33,816 nt of DNA, taken from Octopus bimaculoides. Lineage: Eukaryota. A program made the translations under genes and the position numbers. The stretch's first letter is position 1. Every line of letters starts with the position of its first letter. The DNA lies in NCBI RefSeq assembly GCF_001194135.2, contig NC_068990.1, positions 603,447 to 637,262 of the forward strand, in the 5' to 3' direction. The notes beneath the pieces were generated by a model. That model ran no database searches, was not told the DNA's origin, and saw only the letters and a program-made list of their open reading frames with translations. Shown here piece by piece: positions 9,790-21,317 of this stretch.

Positions 9790-10885
9790 TGGTCAGCGCG
9801 TGATTGAAGAATACACGTTGGCTGAGTCTGCCAAAGGAGGAGTGGGTTGCTCCAATCCGGTCCTCCATGTCCTTTTCACACGTGAGGTGTTCGAAAGGAT
9901 ACTTCCAAGGTATGTGAAGTGTTGGCTGTTGGACTGTTCTGGCCTGGTGCCGGTTGGATCAGTGTCTTGGTCTTTAATATGTTTACTTGTATCCCGAAGC
10001 GTTCGTAAACCGCGTTGTAAAGATCGACCGTCCTTTGTAGGCCATCTGCAGTTCGGCTCGGAGTGGCATTGTAGTCGGCACACTGCATCTCACGGACTGA
10101 GATAGCGGAGGTCTTCGTCTTTACAGGGAAGCGTGTGAGATTGAAGAGCCCGCCATCCAAGGAATAGTGCATGTTAATGGAAGGCGAGTCTAGTGGGATT
10201 TCGTTGAACATGGCGGCCATGTACAAAGAGAAACATGTTGGTGCCAGGACGCATCCTTGCTTAAGACCCCCAGTGATGAGAAACGGGTCTGTGAGGGTAT
10301 TTTGATGGTATACCCTACCCACCATGACCTCGTGGAGGGAGCGGACAAGGGCAATGGTCGTGGAGAGCGACCGTCTAAGATTCGCCGCCAATGTGTGGTC
10401 ACGGACTAGAGGCTTCCAGCTTTCCAGATCGGCCTCCGCTACCCACGATACCATCGACATTAGGCTTTTTGAGACAGATTAGAAAGACGAAGCCATTTGC
10501 TGAATAAATTATTTGAGGTGATCGTGACTGTGCGACGGCTACGCGCACGCACTTGGCCAGGTACTTCTCCGCTGCGGCTCAAGAATTAAGACGTGCAGTC
10601 TTGATGAGGCTAGTTGCAGCGAGCTGCCGGAGTCTATCCGTCTTTGTCACGCCTGACCGCCAGGCGTTGACCTCTTCCACCGGAGTCAATCCTTGGGGGC
10701 TTGAGATAGCCGTTGGGATCTTGATGTTGGTGTTTGATCGTGTTTAGTCTGAGATCTCATCCTCGACCTTGCCGCCATGGGTGGCCCTACCAGGAGTCTA
10801 AGACTCCAGACGGTATCGCTCTCAGAATCATTGGAACACACAAGCTCTTCCACCACGACAAGGGACGACCATCAGAAGAGTAGTT
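9790..10885 (-). mobile_element. RTE-clade LINE, internally deleted, 5' end retained
   Basis: RT: VRSLHEVMVGRV...FLITGGLKQGCVLAPTCFSLY...DGGLFNLTRF..KTK..VREMQCADY..LQRTVD..YERFGIQVNILKTK..FTYLGSILS. The 5' terminus CCCTTGTCGTGGTGGAAGAGCTTG...GGTAGGGCCACCCATGGCGGCAAGGTC resembles RTE 5' ends (from recall). Confidence 0.9.
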
Positions 10886-11219
10886 CTTATATTTAGCCGG
10901 TTAAGCGAGTATGCTGAGATCTGTGTTTGGCTCGTTGCTGGTTGGTCAGCATTGTTATTTTGTTGTTGTTGCTTCAAAAGGTGATTAACACACCACCGTT
11001 ATGACTAAAACCTACTATTGGTCACATAGCCCTAGCACTGCCACCGCCAACACCACCACCATCGCCGCCGCTACCATCACCACACCTCCAACCTCTTTAA
11101 GCCTTACTATTATTACATCACTTTTCTGTTAGAAGTAAATACTCCAGGCACTTGACTCTAATATAGAAAGAAGTGAAAGACAGTGTAGAGAGGACGGCCG
11201 TACGTAGTAAATAACAATA

Positions 11220-11350
11220 AGTATGTTTGGAAGAAGAAGAAAGCATTGAGGAGGAGGAGGTGGAGGAGGAAGGGGAGAAGGAGGAGGGGAGGGGAAGAGG
11301 AAGGAGGAGGAAGAGGAAGGAGGAGAAAGAGGAGGAGGAGGAGGAGGTAT
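11220..11350. repeat. (GGA)/(GAA)-rich purine tract
   Basis: Direct inspection. Confidence 0.9.
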
Positions 11351-11484
11351 GAAAAGAATGCAAGCAGACGAGTAGTAGAAAACAAAAAAATATTATAAAG
11401 CTATAAAGGAAGTATTTGAAACAGAGAGAAGTTATAAAAAATATAAGGTCAAGAATTTTATATGTGTATGTATACACGCGCGCG

Positions 11485-11536
<52 letters not shown>

Positions 11537-11764
11537 TGAGTGGACAAAGGAAAGGTACTCAGCATACTTAGTAGGAGTTACATATATTATTTAAAACAGT
11601 CTGGTTCGGCTCCATCCGACTTAAAATTTTCGTAGGCTTCATGCAGAAGCCTAACTCGTTCGCGCTCAGGTTACTGAATGAAGCAGCACAGGAAGTCCAA
11701 AGTGACTGCTTGAAAATGGGTTGCTGGTAAATGGGCTCCCTCTGGTCCAGGAGGATCGTCTACA

Positions 11765-11890
11765 GTTTCCGTCACTCACAACGCTTTGAAGGCCGGGGTT
11801 GTCGTAGATGACCCATATTCAAGGTGTCGTGGAGTAAGACTAAACTTGAAACTATGTGGAGGCCAAAGGAACTTCTTAGCCATTCAGCCA
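11765..11890 (-). mobile_element. SINE family A, old copy
   Basis: Reverse complement: GCATGGCTGAATGGCTAAGAAG..CACATAGTTTCAAGTTTAGTC..CACCTTGAATATG..GTGAGTGACGGAAACTG. Confidence 0.65.
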
Positions 11891-12041
11891 TGCATATGTG
11901 AGTGTGAGTGTGTGTGGGTGTGGGTGTGTGACAGTGTGTGTGAGTGTGGTGTGGGTGGGTGGTTGTGTGTGTGAGAGAGAGAGAGAGAGAGAGCGTGTGT
12001 GTGTGTGTATGTGTGTGTGTGTGCGCGTGTGTGTATGTGTA

Positions 12042-12850
12042 CGAGGTTGATCACAAGATATGTCACAAGATACGGAGACTTGGCAAGTCAGAAAAGTGGG
12101 AAAATGGTTACATGGTTTCTTCAAAGACAGAAGCCAGGCTGTAACAGCCAATAGGGTCTTCTCCAAGGAGGCTGCATTAGTGAGTGGAGTTCTTTGATGA
12201 ACTATGTCGAGGTCGCTGCTATTTCTGGTAGTTCTTTAGGACATGCCATCAGTCACAGATAGCCACATTAACTCGCCATGCCGACGACCAGAAAGGTAGT
12301 AAAAATAGTCAGGGTACCCTTTGTGCTAACTTCTTCAGAAAAAAGACCTAGATACCATTTATAAATGGGTTGAAAAGAACAACATGCGATTTAATGCAGG
12401 AAAATCCTAGGCCCTTCACTATCAGCCAGCTTGCGTGAACAGGCCGCAACAAAGAAGTTTGGGACCAAAAGAGTCGAGTACATTGCGAGATCTGGGAATT
12501 GAAACGAGCACCAAAGCTCGTTTCACGTGCATTTCACCAAGATGGTGGCAGTGTGGAGGCGAATGACCGGATGGATTCTGAGAGCTTTCAGAACAAGGGA
12601 CCAAAAAACTATGCTGGTTCTATGGAGGACATTTGTCCTCAGTTGTCTGACCTGGAGTTGCCCCACAGTGTCAAACTAATAGCGGGACTTGAGGCAGTTC
12701 GACGGTGCTATACCAGGAAGATGGCATCAATGGAACAGCTGATCACTTAGGAGAGACTGAAGGAGTTATGATTGTACTTCCTGGAGCAAAGTTGGGAGAG
12801 ATATACGGTGATATACATACAAAAGATCCTAGAGGGTTTGGCACCAATAC
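12042..12850 (+). mobile_element. CR1-clade LINE reverse transcriptase fragment (pseudogene)
   Basis: KVGKWLHGFFKDRSQAVTAN..SGV..LLFLV..D; YKWVEKNNMRFNAGK; RDLGI; RMTGWILRAFRTRD; LEAVRRCYTRKM..ERLKEL*LY.LE..ERY.VIY..KILEGLAP. Confidence 0.88.
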
Positions 12851-13227
12851 GAAACATTGCAAACTGCTGCTTGAATTAATTTTATATATTATAGACTGTA
12901 GCGAATCGCTAAATCATCTAATTATTTGAATGACGAAAACATAAATACTAATGGCGAAGAGAGTCCGAAACAGGGGAAGCCGAGCTGTCATAGCTGATGA
13001 GGCAACGGAAATTGCCGAAACTGACGCGTCAATATTAAGAATTCTCGATCGGCACTTTTCGGACGATTATGTTCCCTGTTAGAATATATGTTTTCATTCA
13101 TGTGGATTAACTACAGCATTAGAATGATCTAGCTCTTATTCTTAGTAATGTAAATGTTTCCTAACACCCTAGTCATATTTAGTGAAATTTGTAATTCTTC
13201 TTTTTGGTGAAACATTGCAAACTGCTG
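12851..13227 (+). mobile_element. 358-nt unit bounded by 19-bp direct repeats, containing an HHR-like core (retrozyme or mini-Penelope candidate)
   Basis: GAAACATTGCAAACTGCTG at 12851-12869 and 13209-13227; imperfect inverted repeat 12927-12970 / 13057-13100; HHR core 12994-13030. Confidence 0.5.
12994..13030 (+). ncRNA. Hammerhead ribozyme-like core
   Basis: CTGATGA-GGCAA-cggaaa-TTGCC-GAAAC-tgacgc-GTC: both conserved core strands and a 5-bp stem II are intact; stem I partner unclear. Confidence 0.5.
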
Positions 13228-13258
13228 TTTATATTATATTATATTATATTATATTATA

Positions 13259-13296
<38 letters not shown>

Positions 13297-13304
13297 ATAT
13301 ACAT

Positions 13305-13520
13305 ATTGGTTTCCAATTTTGACACAAGGCCAGCAAGTTCCTGAGTTGGAGTAAGTCGATTACATTACCCCCAGTGCTCAACTGCTATTTATTTTATTGA
13401 CCCTTACAGGATGAAAGGCAAAATCGATCTCAACGGCACTTGAACTCAGAGCGTAAAGTCAGAACAAAAGTCGCTAAGCATTTTGTCCGGCACAGTAACG
13501 ATTCTGCTACCTTGCCACCT
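13305..13520 (-). mobile_element. SINE family B
   Basis: Reverse complement AAGGTGGCAAGGTAGCAGAATCGTTAC..TGCTTAGCG..CTGAGTTCAAG..TTGCCTTTCATCC matches 31771. Confidence 0.8.
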
Positions 13521-13881
13521 TATACATACACATACGAGTATTACACACACATACGCATATAAGTACACATATTCTCCTATACATAAATATAATCATGTGT
13601 GTGTGTGTGTGTGTGACAAACAGACAGACAGACGCACAGGCATGATGGGAGACGAATAGAAGAGTTTCTTCAGAGGTGCAAGAGATTTTCGAGGGTAAAT
13701 CCATAGATAAATATTGGATATATACACTCATATATACACTTACATAAACATTGATGCACACATTCATATACATATACAAACGCACGTATTGCATAGGGAA
13801 CGATGTATACATTCCCACATATATAGATATACATGTGTACATGTATGCATATATACAACCACAAATACATATACATATGCA

Positions 13882-13921
<40 letters not shown>

Positions 13922-13943
13922 CATGCAAATATATGTGTGCGTG

Positions 13944-13986
<43 letters not shown>

Positions 13987-14008
13987 CATGCAAATATATG
14001 TGTGCGTG

Positions 14009-14050
<42 letters not shown>

Positions 14051-14100
14051 GTGTGTATATATACATGTATGTATGTATATATATATGCATATATATATAT
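13520..14100. repeat. (TA)n/(CA)n/(TACA)n compound repeat with a duplicated ~60-bp unit
   Basis: TACATACATGCAAATATATGTGTGCGTGTATTA occurs twice (about 13917 and 13981), separated by (TA)n. Confidence 0.9.
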
Positions 14101-15005
14101 ATCCCATAAGTAATGCAATTTTTTCAATTTCATGAATTAAAAGTCGGCGGGGCGGGATAAACTATCTGCATCAACTTGCTGTAAAAGCAGGTAGTAATTT
14201 TACCTTGGTCTTATTCTTAATGCAAATTTTCATGAGTGCCGTTCAATTTTAACAGTTATTTTTCCAAAGCTATTATGGAAGTGGCAAAAAAGCATATTCA
14301 GCATATTTTTGCTTTATGAGTTCAATAAAGGCAAGAACGCAATGGAAAGTGCGAGTAATATTAATGCAGTATATGAGGATGGGACAATAAGTGTAAGCCA
14401 GTCTCAACAGTTGTTCCAGAAATTCCGAGCCGGAAAGTACAGCCTAGAAGACGAGCCCTATCGTGGAAGATCTGTAGAGTTCAAAGAGGATGTCCTTCAA
14501 ACCCTGGTGAAATATAATCCCATCGTAACTGTTGAGGAACTAGCAGAGAAGCTTGGATTTGGTCATCCAACCAGTCATTCAAGTCAGCGCTAGAAGAAAA
14601 CAACCATCTTTGGTTTCAAGACGAAAGGTGTTCTTCCATTAGGATAATGCTCGGTCACATACAGCGAGGATGACATTCTAAAAGATGGAGCAGTTTGAAT
14701 GGGAAACCATATTCGCCGGACATTGCCCCATCTCATTATCATTAATTCCGCTGTCTTCAAAATGATTTGGACGGAAAAAATATGAATTCTGTAGACGAGG
14801 TCAGAACAGTAGTGGAGGAGTATTTTTCGTCACGGACAAGTGGATTTTGGAAGAGGGGCCTTGAAAGTCTACCAGATAGATGGAAGAGCATTGTAGAAAA
14901 TGAAGGAGAGTATATTTTAGATTAAAAGGTATTTTGTCTATATTAATTTAGAAAATATATAAAAAAAGGTATTAAAAAATCGCATTAATAATGAGATGAC
15001 CCAAT
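14101..15005 (+). mobile_element. Mariner element, internally deleted, both TIR remnants present
   Basis: ATG at 14275: MEVAKKHIQHILLYEFNKGKNA..FQKFRAGKYSLEDEPYRGR..TVEELAEKL; after the deletion DNARSHTA..IAPSHYH..WKRGLESLPDRWKSIVENEGEYILD*. TIRs: ATCCCATAAGTAATGCAATTTTTT versus rc(AAAAAATCGCATTAATAATGAGAT). Confidence 0.92.
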
Positions 15006-15504
15006 GTAAGGCTACCAAATAAACCATGTTTTTGGCACAACTCTTTTTTACTATTAAAATAACCTCAGATACGAGGTCTGGTCGCACAATTTTGATGTCA
15101 TTTTCGGGCAATATTTCGATTTGCTTCTAATGTTTCACTTTCGTCCGATGTTTCACGCATGCGTAGAATTCTACCCAGACAAACATTTATGAAAATATAT
15201 ACATAAATATTGTATTAAAATAAGCCACAACCAAAAAAAATTTCATTAAAAGACATCTATTTCTCTACATGTTATGAGGAAATACAGTCACTCACTCACT
15301 CTCTCTCACATGTACACGCACATATGCATACGAAAAAGATGTATGTATATGTATTTATGTATGTGTATATGAAAGATGATGTGTGTGTGAGGGAGAAAGA
15401 CAGAGAGCGAGTGAGTGCCTCTTACACGTACACGCAAAAAATGCATACATGACAACACACACCTTTACTCATTCACTCACTCTCTCTCTCTTTCTCTCTC
15501 TTAT

Positions 15505-15557
<53 letters not shown>

Positions 15558-17086
15558 TCCATTTCACATACACGTACATACATCTTTCACTTTCTCATCT
15601 CTTTTACTTTTTTTTCTCACTTCAAAGCAAATGTTGCCTTTTCATTTACTCCTCTCTTGCAATTTCTGCTCTCTTCAAAGCATAAATAAAAAAGAGTTTT
15701 ACGGAAATTAACGACCATATGATTGAGTTGACAACTTCGTTGTTTCAAACGAAAGAATGCTATAAAATAACTTCCTGTGGCACGTGCGCATACACACACA
15801 CACACANNNNNNNNNNNNNNNNNNNNNNNNNNNNNNNNNNNNNNNNNNNNNNNNNNNNNNNNNNNNNNNNNNNNNNNNNNNNNNNNNNNNNNNNNNNNNN
15901 NNNNNNNNNNNNNNNNNNNNNNNNNNNNNNNNNNNNNNNNNNNNNNNNNNNNNNNNNNNNNNNNNNNNNNNNNNNNNNNNNNNNNNNNNNNNNNNNNNNN
16001 NNNNNNNNNNNNNNNNNNNNNNNNNNNNNNNNNNNNNNNNNNNNNNNNNNNNNNNNNNNNNNNNNNNNNNNNNNNNNNNNNNNNNNNNNNNNNNNNNNNN
16101 NNNNNNNNNNNNNNNNNNNNNNNNNNNNNNNNNNNNNNNNNNNNNNNNNNNNNNNNNNNNNNNNNNNNNNNNNNNNNNNNNNNNNNNNNNNNNNNNNNNN
16201 NNNNNNNNNNNNNNNNNNNNNNNNNNNNNNNNNNNNNNNNNNNNNNNNNNNNNNNNNNNNNNNNNNNNNNNNNNNNNNNNNNNNNNNNNNNNNNNNNNNN
16301 NNNNNNNNNNNNNNNNNNNNNNNNNNNNNNNNNNNNNNNNNNNNNNNNNNNNNNNNNNNNNNNNNNNNNNNNNNNNNNNNNNNNNNNNNNNNNNNNNNNN
16401 NNNNNNNNNNNNNNNNNNNNNNNNNNNNNNNNNNNNNNNNNNNNNNNNNNNNNNNNNNNNNNNNNNNNNNNNTGTTTCTAGCATGTCGGGTCCACTGGTA
16501 GTGGTTTGGTACTTTTTACGTCTGCTATTTCAGTATAATTATACGCATGCGTGAAACATTGGGAGGTTTTAGCTTTTTGAAAGAGGGTAGGTGATGGGTA
16601 GGCAAGGTGGGATAAGGGGCATTGAGTGTTCCTTTAAGTAAACTTTAAAAAATATACATTTACCAAATTCGTAATCTCTGTATTTTTCTACGTGGATAAA
16701 AAAAAAAAAAGGTTCGAAAAAAGTTACGAATTAAGAAATTGTGTTGGAGACGGACAGAAATCAAAATTTTGAAAACGTGATTTCTGGGTAAAATCGTATT
16801 AACCCCGTTTTATACGATGAAACAATACACAGTTTGTGATCCTTCTTAAGATCAGAAAGTACTTTCATGCAAAGCCATGCAAATTGTACTCTCTCCCCTT
16901 CATTTTTAAACAAACAATAATTTTCATTACGGCAGTAATGCAGTTCGCTATATATCATCTGTGCCGATTCTGTCCATAAGAAAAGAACAAATACTACAAT
17001 GTGGCTGTAGGTTGTAACACCCGAGGAACGCCGGGATGCATTGCTAGTGTGCGTGTATGTATGTATATATATGTATGTGACACTGT

Positions 17087-17200
17087 TCACAGGGCTTTGG
17101 TCGGTCCGAGGCTATAGTAGAAGGCACTTGTACCACGCAGTGAGACTGAACCCGGATCCATATGATTGGGAAGCAAGCTTCTTACCACACAGCCACACCT
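17087..17200 (-). mobile_element. SINE family A
   Basis: GGCTTTGGTCGGTCCGAGGCTATAGTAGAAGG..GAGACTGAACCCGG..GGGAAGCAAGCTTCTTACCACACAGCCAC. Confidence 0.88.
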
Positions 17201-17475
17201 GAAGTGATGCTTAGTAGGGTCGAACTGGAAACTGAGTTATAACGAAGGGAGCTTCTTTACCATACAACCATCCTTGTATCTATGGCGTTCAATGAGGCGG
17301 AGTTAAAACATAGAACTACTCGAACAGGGCTGACCCGGGAATTATAAAAATAAAACATACAAAACAAACACAAAAAACACAGCAAAAGCGAACGTCATGA
17401 GGATTGTTACAAATGCTTAACTGAAGGCGCGTGTGTGGGTGAGCGTGTGTGTGTGTGTGTGTGAGCGTGCGCGCG

Positions 17476-17506
<31 letters not shown>

Positions 17507-17894
17507 GTGTTTGGGTCGAGATATTTAAAGTTTATGACTTCTGTGTTTCTACACGCATAGTTTGTAATTGCTTTTATATTGTTGACAAGCACTTTGTTGA
17601 CTAGGATCTTGAATACGTGCATACAACCACACTCACACACACACACACGAAATATACACACGCACACATTCACTCTTTCATATAATCACATGCACTCATA
17701 TTAACAGACGCCCACATAAAAACATCTCTGTCGGCAAGTCGGTCTTAGTGGACATGTATTATATATANNNNNNNNNNNNNNNNNNNNNNNNNNNNNNNNN
17801 NNNNNNNNNNNNNNNNNNNNNNNNNNNNNNNNNNNNNNNNNNNNNNNNNNNNNNNNNNNNNNNNNNNNNNNNNNNNNNNNNNNNNNNNNNNNNN

Positions 17895-17901
17895 ATATAT
17901 G

Positions 17902-17944
<43 letters not shown>

Positions 17945-18020
17945 GTGTTTATTACAAAAGAAATACAAATACTCGCTCTTATGCCCCCACCACACATACA
18001 TACATACATACATACATACA

Positions 18021-18054
<34 letters not shown>

Positions 18055-18140
18055 CATACATACATATGAATACACGAATATACATACATATATGTATACA
18101 CATATATGTATGTATGTATATATACATGTATGTATATATA
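17895..18140. repeat. (ATCT)n and (ATAC)n microsatellites
   Basis: Direct inspection. Confidence 0.92.
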
Positions 18141-18849
18141 CACAATCGCACATACCTTCAATACACACTTACCTTCTCACACAAACACACACATAGGCAT
18201 GTGCGTGCACAGTACGGCCCCACACACCTGCACATAGTCCCTCACATAATTCACATCGTAAGAGGAAATATAAAACGGTATTACACCTATAAATATGTCA
18301 GCGTTGTTTATTAAACTTATATGACGTCTTTGTGGCGAGGCAATGAGATAAAAAGATTAAGAACTCCGCGTGCTGAGCCTGCCAACGCGATTTCGATTTG
18401 CGGTTTATGCGCTACAAGACCGGTTAAGATGTAAGTTTCTTCGGTGTTCGGAAAGAGAAAAGAGTCAAAGGTAAAAGAAACCACAGGGAAAAGTCGTTTG
18501 ATTTGAATACTATGAAAAGTTAAGGTAATTAAACAAAAAAAATATTTAAAATCAGTTATTAACTAGTATTTTAAATCAGTTACTAATATTTTCAACCAAT
18601 TACTATAAGCACATAACTTATACACAACTTATATAGAACTAGGTCTTCATCTGTCGCTATGCTACCGGTAAAAATATTTGTTTATCATGCATGTACCTTC
18701 TTTTAATAGTGTATTGTTATATAATGAATTTAATAATAGACTGTTATATAGTGAAAGTCTCGTTAGTTACTATGGTGACAACACTACCTATATACCTATC
18801 TTTCACACACGCGCACACACACACATACACACGCACAAACACACACGCA

Positions 18850-18925
18850 GTCATGCCTGTGTGGGAAGAAGCTTCCTTCCCAACTACATGGTTCCGGATT
18901 CAAGCCTACTGCATGGCACTTGTCT
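18850..18925 (+). mobile_element. SINE family A head fragment
   Basis: GCCTGTGTGGGAAGAAGCTTCCTTCCCAACTACATGGTTCCGGATTCAAGCC. Confidence 0.75.
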
Positions 18926-18999
18926 TCAATGCAATGTACTGCCAATCCGTTCATGTCATGCATTCTCAATAAATGACTGACTTCAATTTGTTGTTTCAT

Positions 19000-19210
19000 C
19001 ATCTTTTTCTTTTTCCTTTTGTCTTTTACTTGTTTCTTATTGACTGCGGCGATGCTGGAGCACCGCCTTGAAGAATTTTTAGTCGAACGAATTGACCCCC
19101 ACTATTTATTTTTTTAAAGTCTGGTACTTATTCAATCGGTTTCCTTGTGCCGAACCGCTAAGTTATGGGGACGTAAGCACATAAACACCGATTGTCAAGC
19201 GTTGGGGAGG
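19000..19210 (-). mobile_element. SINE-like family E, 3' part
   Basis: TTTTACTTGTTTC..TTGACTGCGGCGATGCTGGAGCACC..CTGGTACTTATTC..GCCGAACCGCTAAGTTATGGGGACGTAA..TTGTCAAGCG; antisense to 2940-3130. Confidence 0.8.
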
Positions 19211-19264
19211 CACAAGCACAGCCATAGAGATACACACGCGCACACACACACACATACACACACA

Positions 19265-19300
<36 letters not shown>

Positions 19301-19339
19301 AGAGAGCGTGTGTGTGTGTGTGTGTGTGCAAATTGAACA

Positions 19340-19930
19340 ACAATGCTACAGAAACTTATGAAATGTTTCAGATTACTTATGGATTTACTTTTTTGCTGGC
19401 ACAAGAGGTTTACGGCAGGTAGAGAGGAGATGAGAGACGATGAAAGGTATGGAAGGGAGAGGATGGTCAGAACATCGGAGCTGGTTGAGAAGATTCGCAA
19501 TCATCCGGTTGAAGACTGCCGTGTCTCTATAAGGACAATAAGCATTCAGATTGGTGTTGGTGTGGCAACTGTACACAAAATTATTCATGAAGATCCGAAA
19601 CTCACAAATGTGAGTAAAGTTTGTTATCGGGGCGCTCCTGGTAAACAACTATTTGACAGAGATGGCTATCAAATCAGTGCCTCGCCCTCCCCAGAATTTG
19701 ATGCTTGTGACATTTGGTTGTTTCTCAAGCTGGAGGAGCTTCTCAGAGTTAGTCGTTTTGAAGATGAAGGAGGCTTTGACAAGGGTCCCAGATACTTTCA
19801 TTTTAGAGGACTTCCATGGGGCTTTCACGAATTGACTGGAGCGCCACAATCGCACTGAAGTTGGGGGATCCTCCGTTGAAATTAATAAATGTCTCTCCTG
19901 CAAAAGTCTAAAAACCTCTAGAATGCACCT
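19340..19930 (+). mobile_element. Mariner-like transposase remnant (second family), internally deleted
   Basis: WHKRFTAGREEMRDDERYGR..VEKIR..EDCRVSIRTI..TVHKIIHED; SPEFDACDIWLFLKL..LRVSRF; FHGAFTNWLERHN; right TIR-like GAATGCACCT. Confidence 0.88.
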
Positions 19931-20242
19931 TGAACACTCCAGATATGGGTGGGACCTGAGCAGCTGTTCAGTCGTGTGCTTGTTTTGGTTAACCTCGGGA
20001 CAAATGACAGATGTGAGAAATACGAAACTCAGAAACACACAAGCATACATGCATACGCGCACACATAACATTCGCAAACTCATACACACACACACACACA
20101 CACACACATACATAAAATATGTGTATGCGTGTGTATGCGTCTAAATATATAGTTATATATATATAAACATGTGCGTGCGTGTGTGGATGTGTATCTATAC
20201 ATATATTTATACGTGCATAAAATACATCAAAAAAATGTGCAT

Positions 20243-20287
<45 letters not shown>

Positions 20288-20561
20288 TACACACACACAT
20301 TACATGTTTATGTTTGTCTTTTTGCTTTCGTATGCAGTTGTGAGAAATCAAAGCTAGTAGCAACACACGCACTCATACACGCACACAGACGCACGCACTC
20401 ATACGCGCACGCACACACACGCACTCATACACACACGCACTCATACACGCACACACACACACGCATCTGTTTGCGGCTGTCGCCATTACCTTTCATCTCG
20501 CACAGTTGTCTTCAACGAAAGCAAATATACTTTCACCCAAATAATCATGCAAATATGTGTC

Positions 20562-20670
20562 ATTGGTCAGTTTTATTTCAAGATTTCTTGCCAACAGAGA
20601 AAGAGCCGGTTTCTAACCTAGATTCAAGGGTCCTTCATTGGAATTTCAACATCAACAACAGGGTATTTTT
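20562..20670 (-). mobile_element. Interspersed repeat family F
   Basis: CAGTTTTATTTCAAGATTTCTTGCCAACAGAGAAAGAGCCGGTTTCTAACCTAG..CAGGGTATTT. Confidence 0.85.
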
Positions 20671-20679
20671 GTTCACACA

Positions 20680-20727
<48 letters not shown>

Positions 20728-21003
20728 GTCTATCTCCATTTGTATTGTATGCAAATATTTATGCACGTATGCATATATGTTTGAGTGTGTAAACAAACAC
20801 ACCCATGTACATACGTTCATGCGCGCACTCTCACACACACACGCACACACACACATAAACGCACACATGGACAACAACTTTTCTTCAGGATATATTTTTA
20901 AAATTCAGCTGCTCGTGCAAAATTATAAAAACAAAAATAAGCAAGCCTTAATCAAACAAGAAAAGTCGTGCTTTTATTCTCTTTCTCACATACACTCTCT
21001 CTG

Positions 21004-21042
<39 letters not shown>

Positions 21043-21054
21043 TCTTTTTTCTTT

Positions 21055-21151
21055 TGCGCCCTTTTAAAGCCTCGCCAGGCTCATGGGCCCGGTTTCCCGG
21101 TTTCTATGGCGTATGTGTTTCCCCCCAGCTGGACAGGACGCCAGTCCATCG
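21055..21151 (-). mobile_element. GC-rich SINE-like 3' fragment
   Basis: CCCTTTTAAAGCCTCGCCAGGCTCATGGGCCCGGTTTCCCGGTTTC..CCAGCTGGACAGGACGCCAGTCCATCGCA, recognised as a common octopus repeat end; no second copy in the window. Confidence 0.5.
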
Positions 21152-21317
21152 CATCCAAAAAGGGCTTCGCCTCACGAACGTCTCCTCAGACTCTAAAGCC
21201 AGACATAGAATTTTGACTCGAGTCAAACCTTAAAGTCATGCTTTCAATTCTCTTTCTCTCATACACTCTCTCTTTTCATACGTATGTACGTACGTACGTA
21301 CGTACGTATGTATGTAT

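Noticed and set aside
11636-11726. Possible 91-nt plus-strand exon (FMQKPNSFALRLLNEAAQEVQSDCLKMGC)
   Set aside because: Weak polypyrimidine tract and donor, no recognisable homology, no partner exon.
12948-12971. Second hammerhead core CTAATGGCG..TCCGAAAC
   Set aside because: Two core mismatches and a poor stem II; better explained as the left arm of the inverted repeat.
13507-14135. YI/CV/HT-rich ORFs here and at about 1000-1260, 5400-5790, 17900-18200, 20000-21070 and 25100-26000
   Set aside because: Microsatellite translations.
15073-15090. Mariner-like TIR start TACGAGGTCTGG
   Set aside because: Isolated; no partner TIR or transposase sequence found nearby.
21152-21205. Minus-strand CTGAGGAG...CGAAG as a hammerhead
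   Set aside because: No stem II beyond 1 bp, GAAG instead of GAAA, and the sister copy lacks CTGA.
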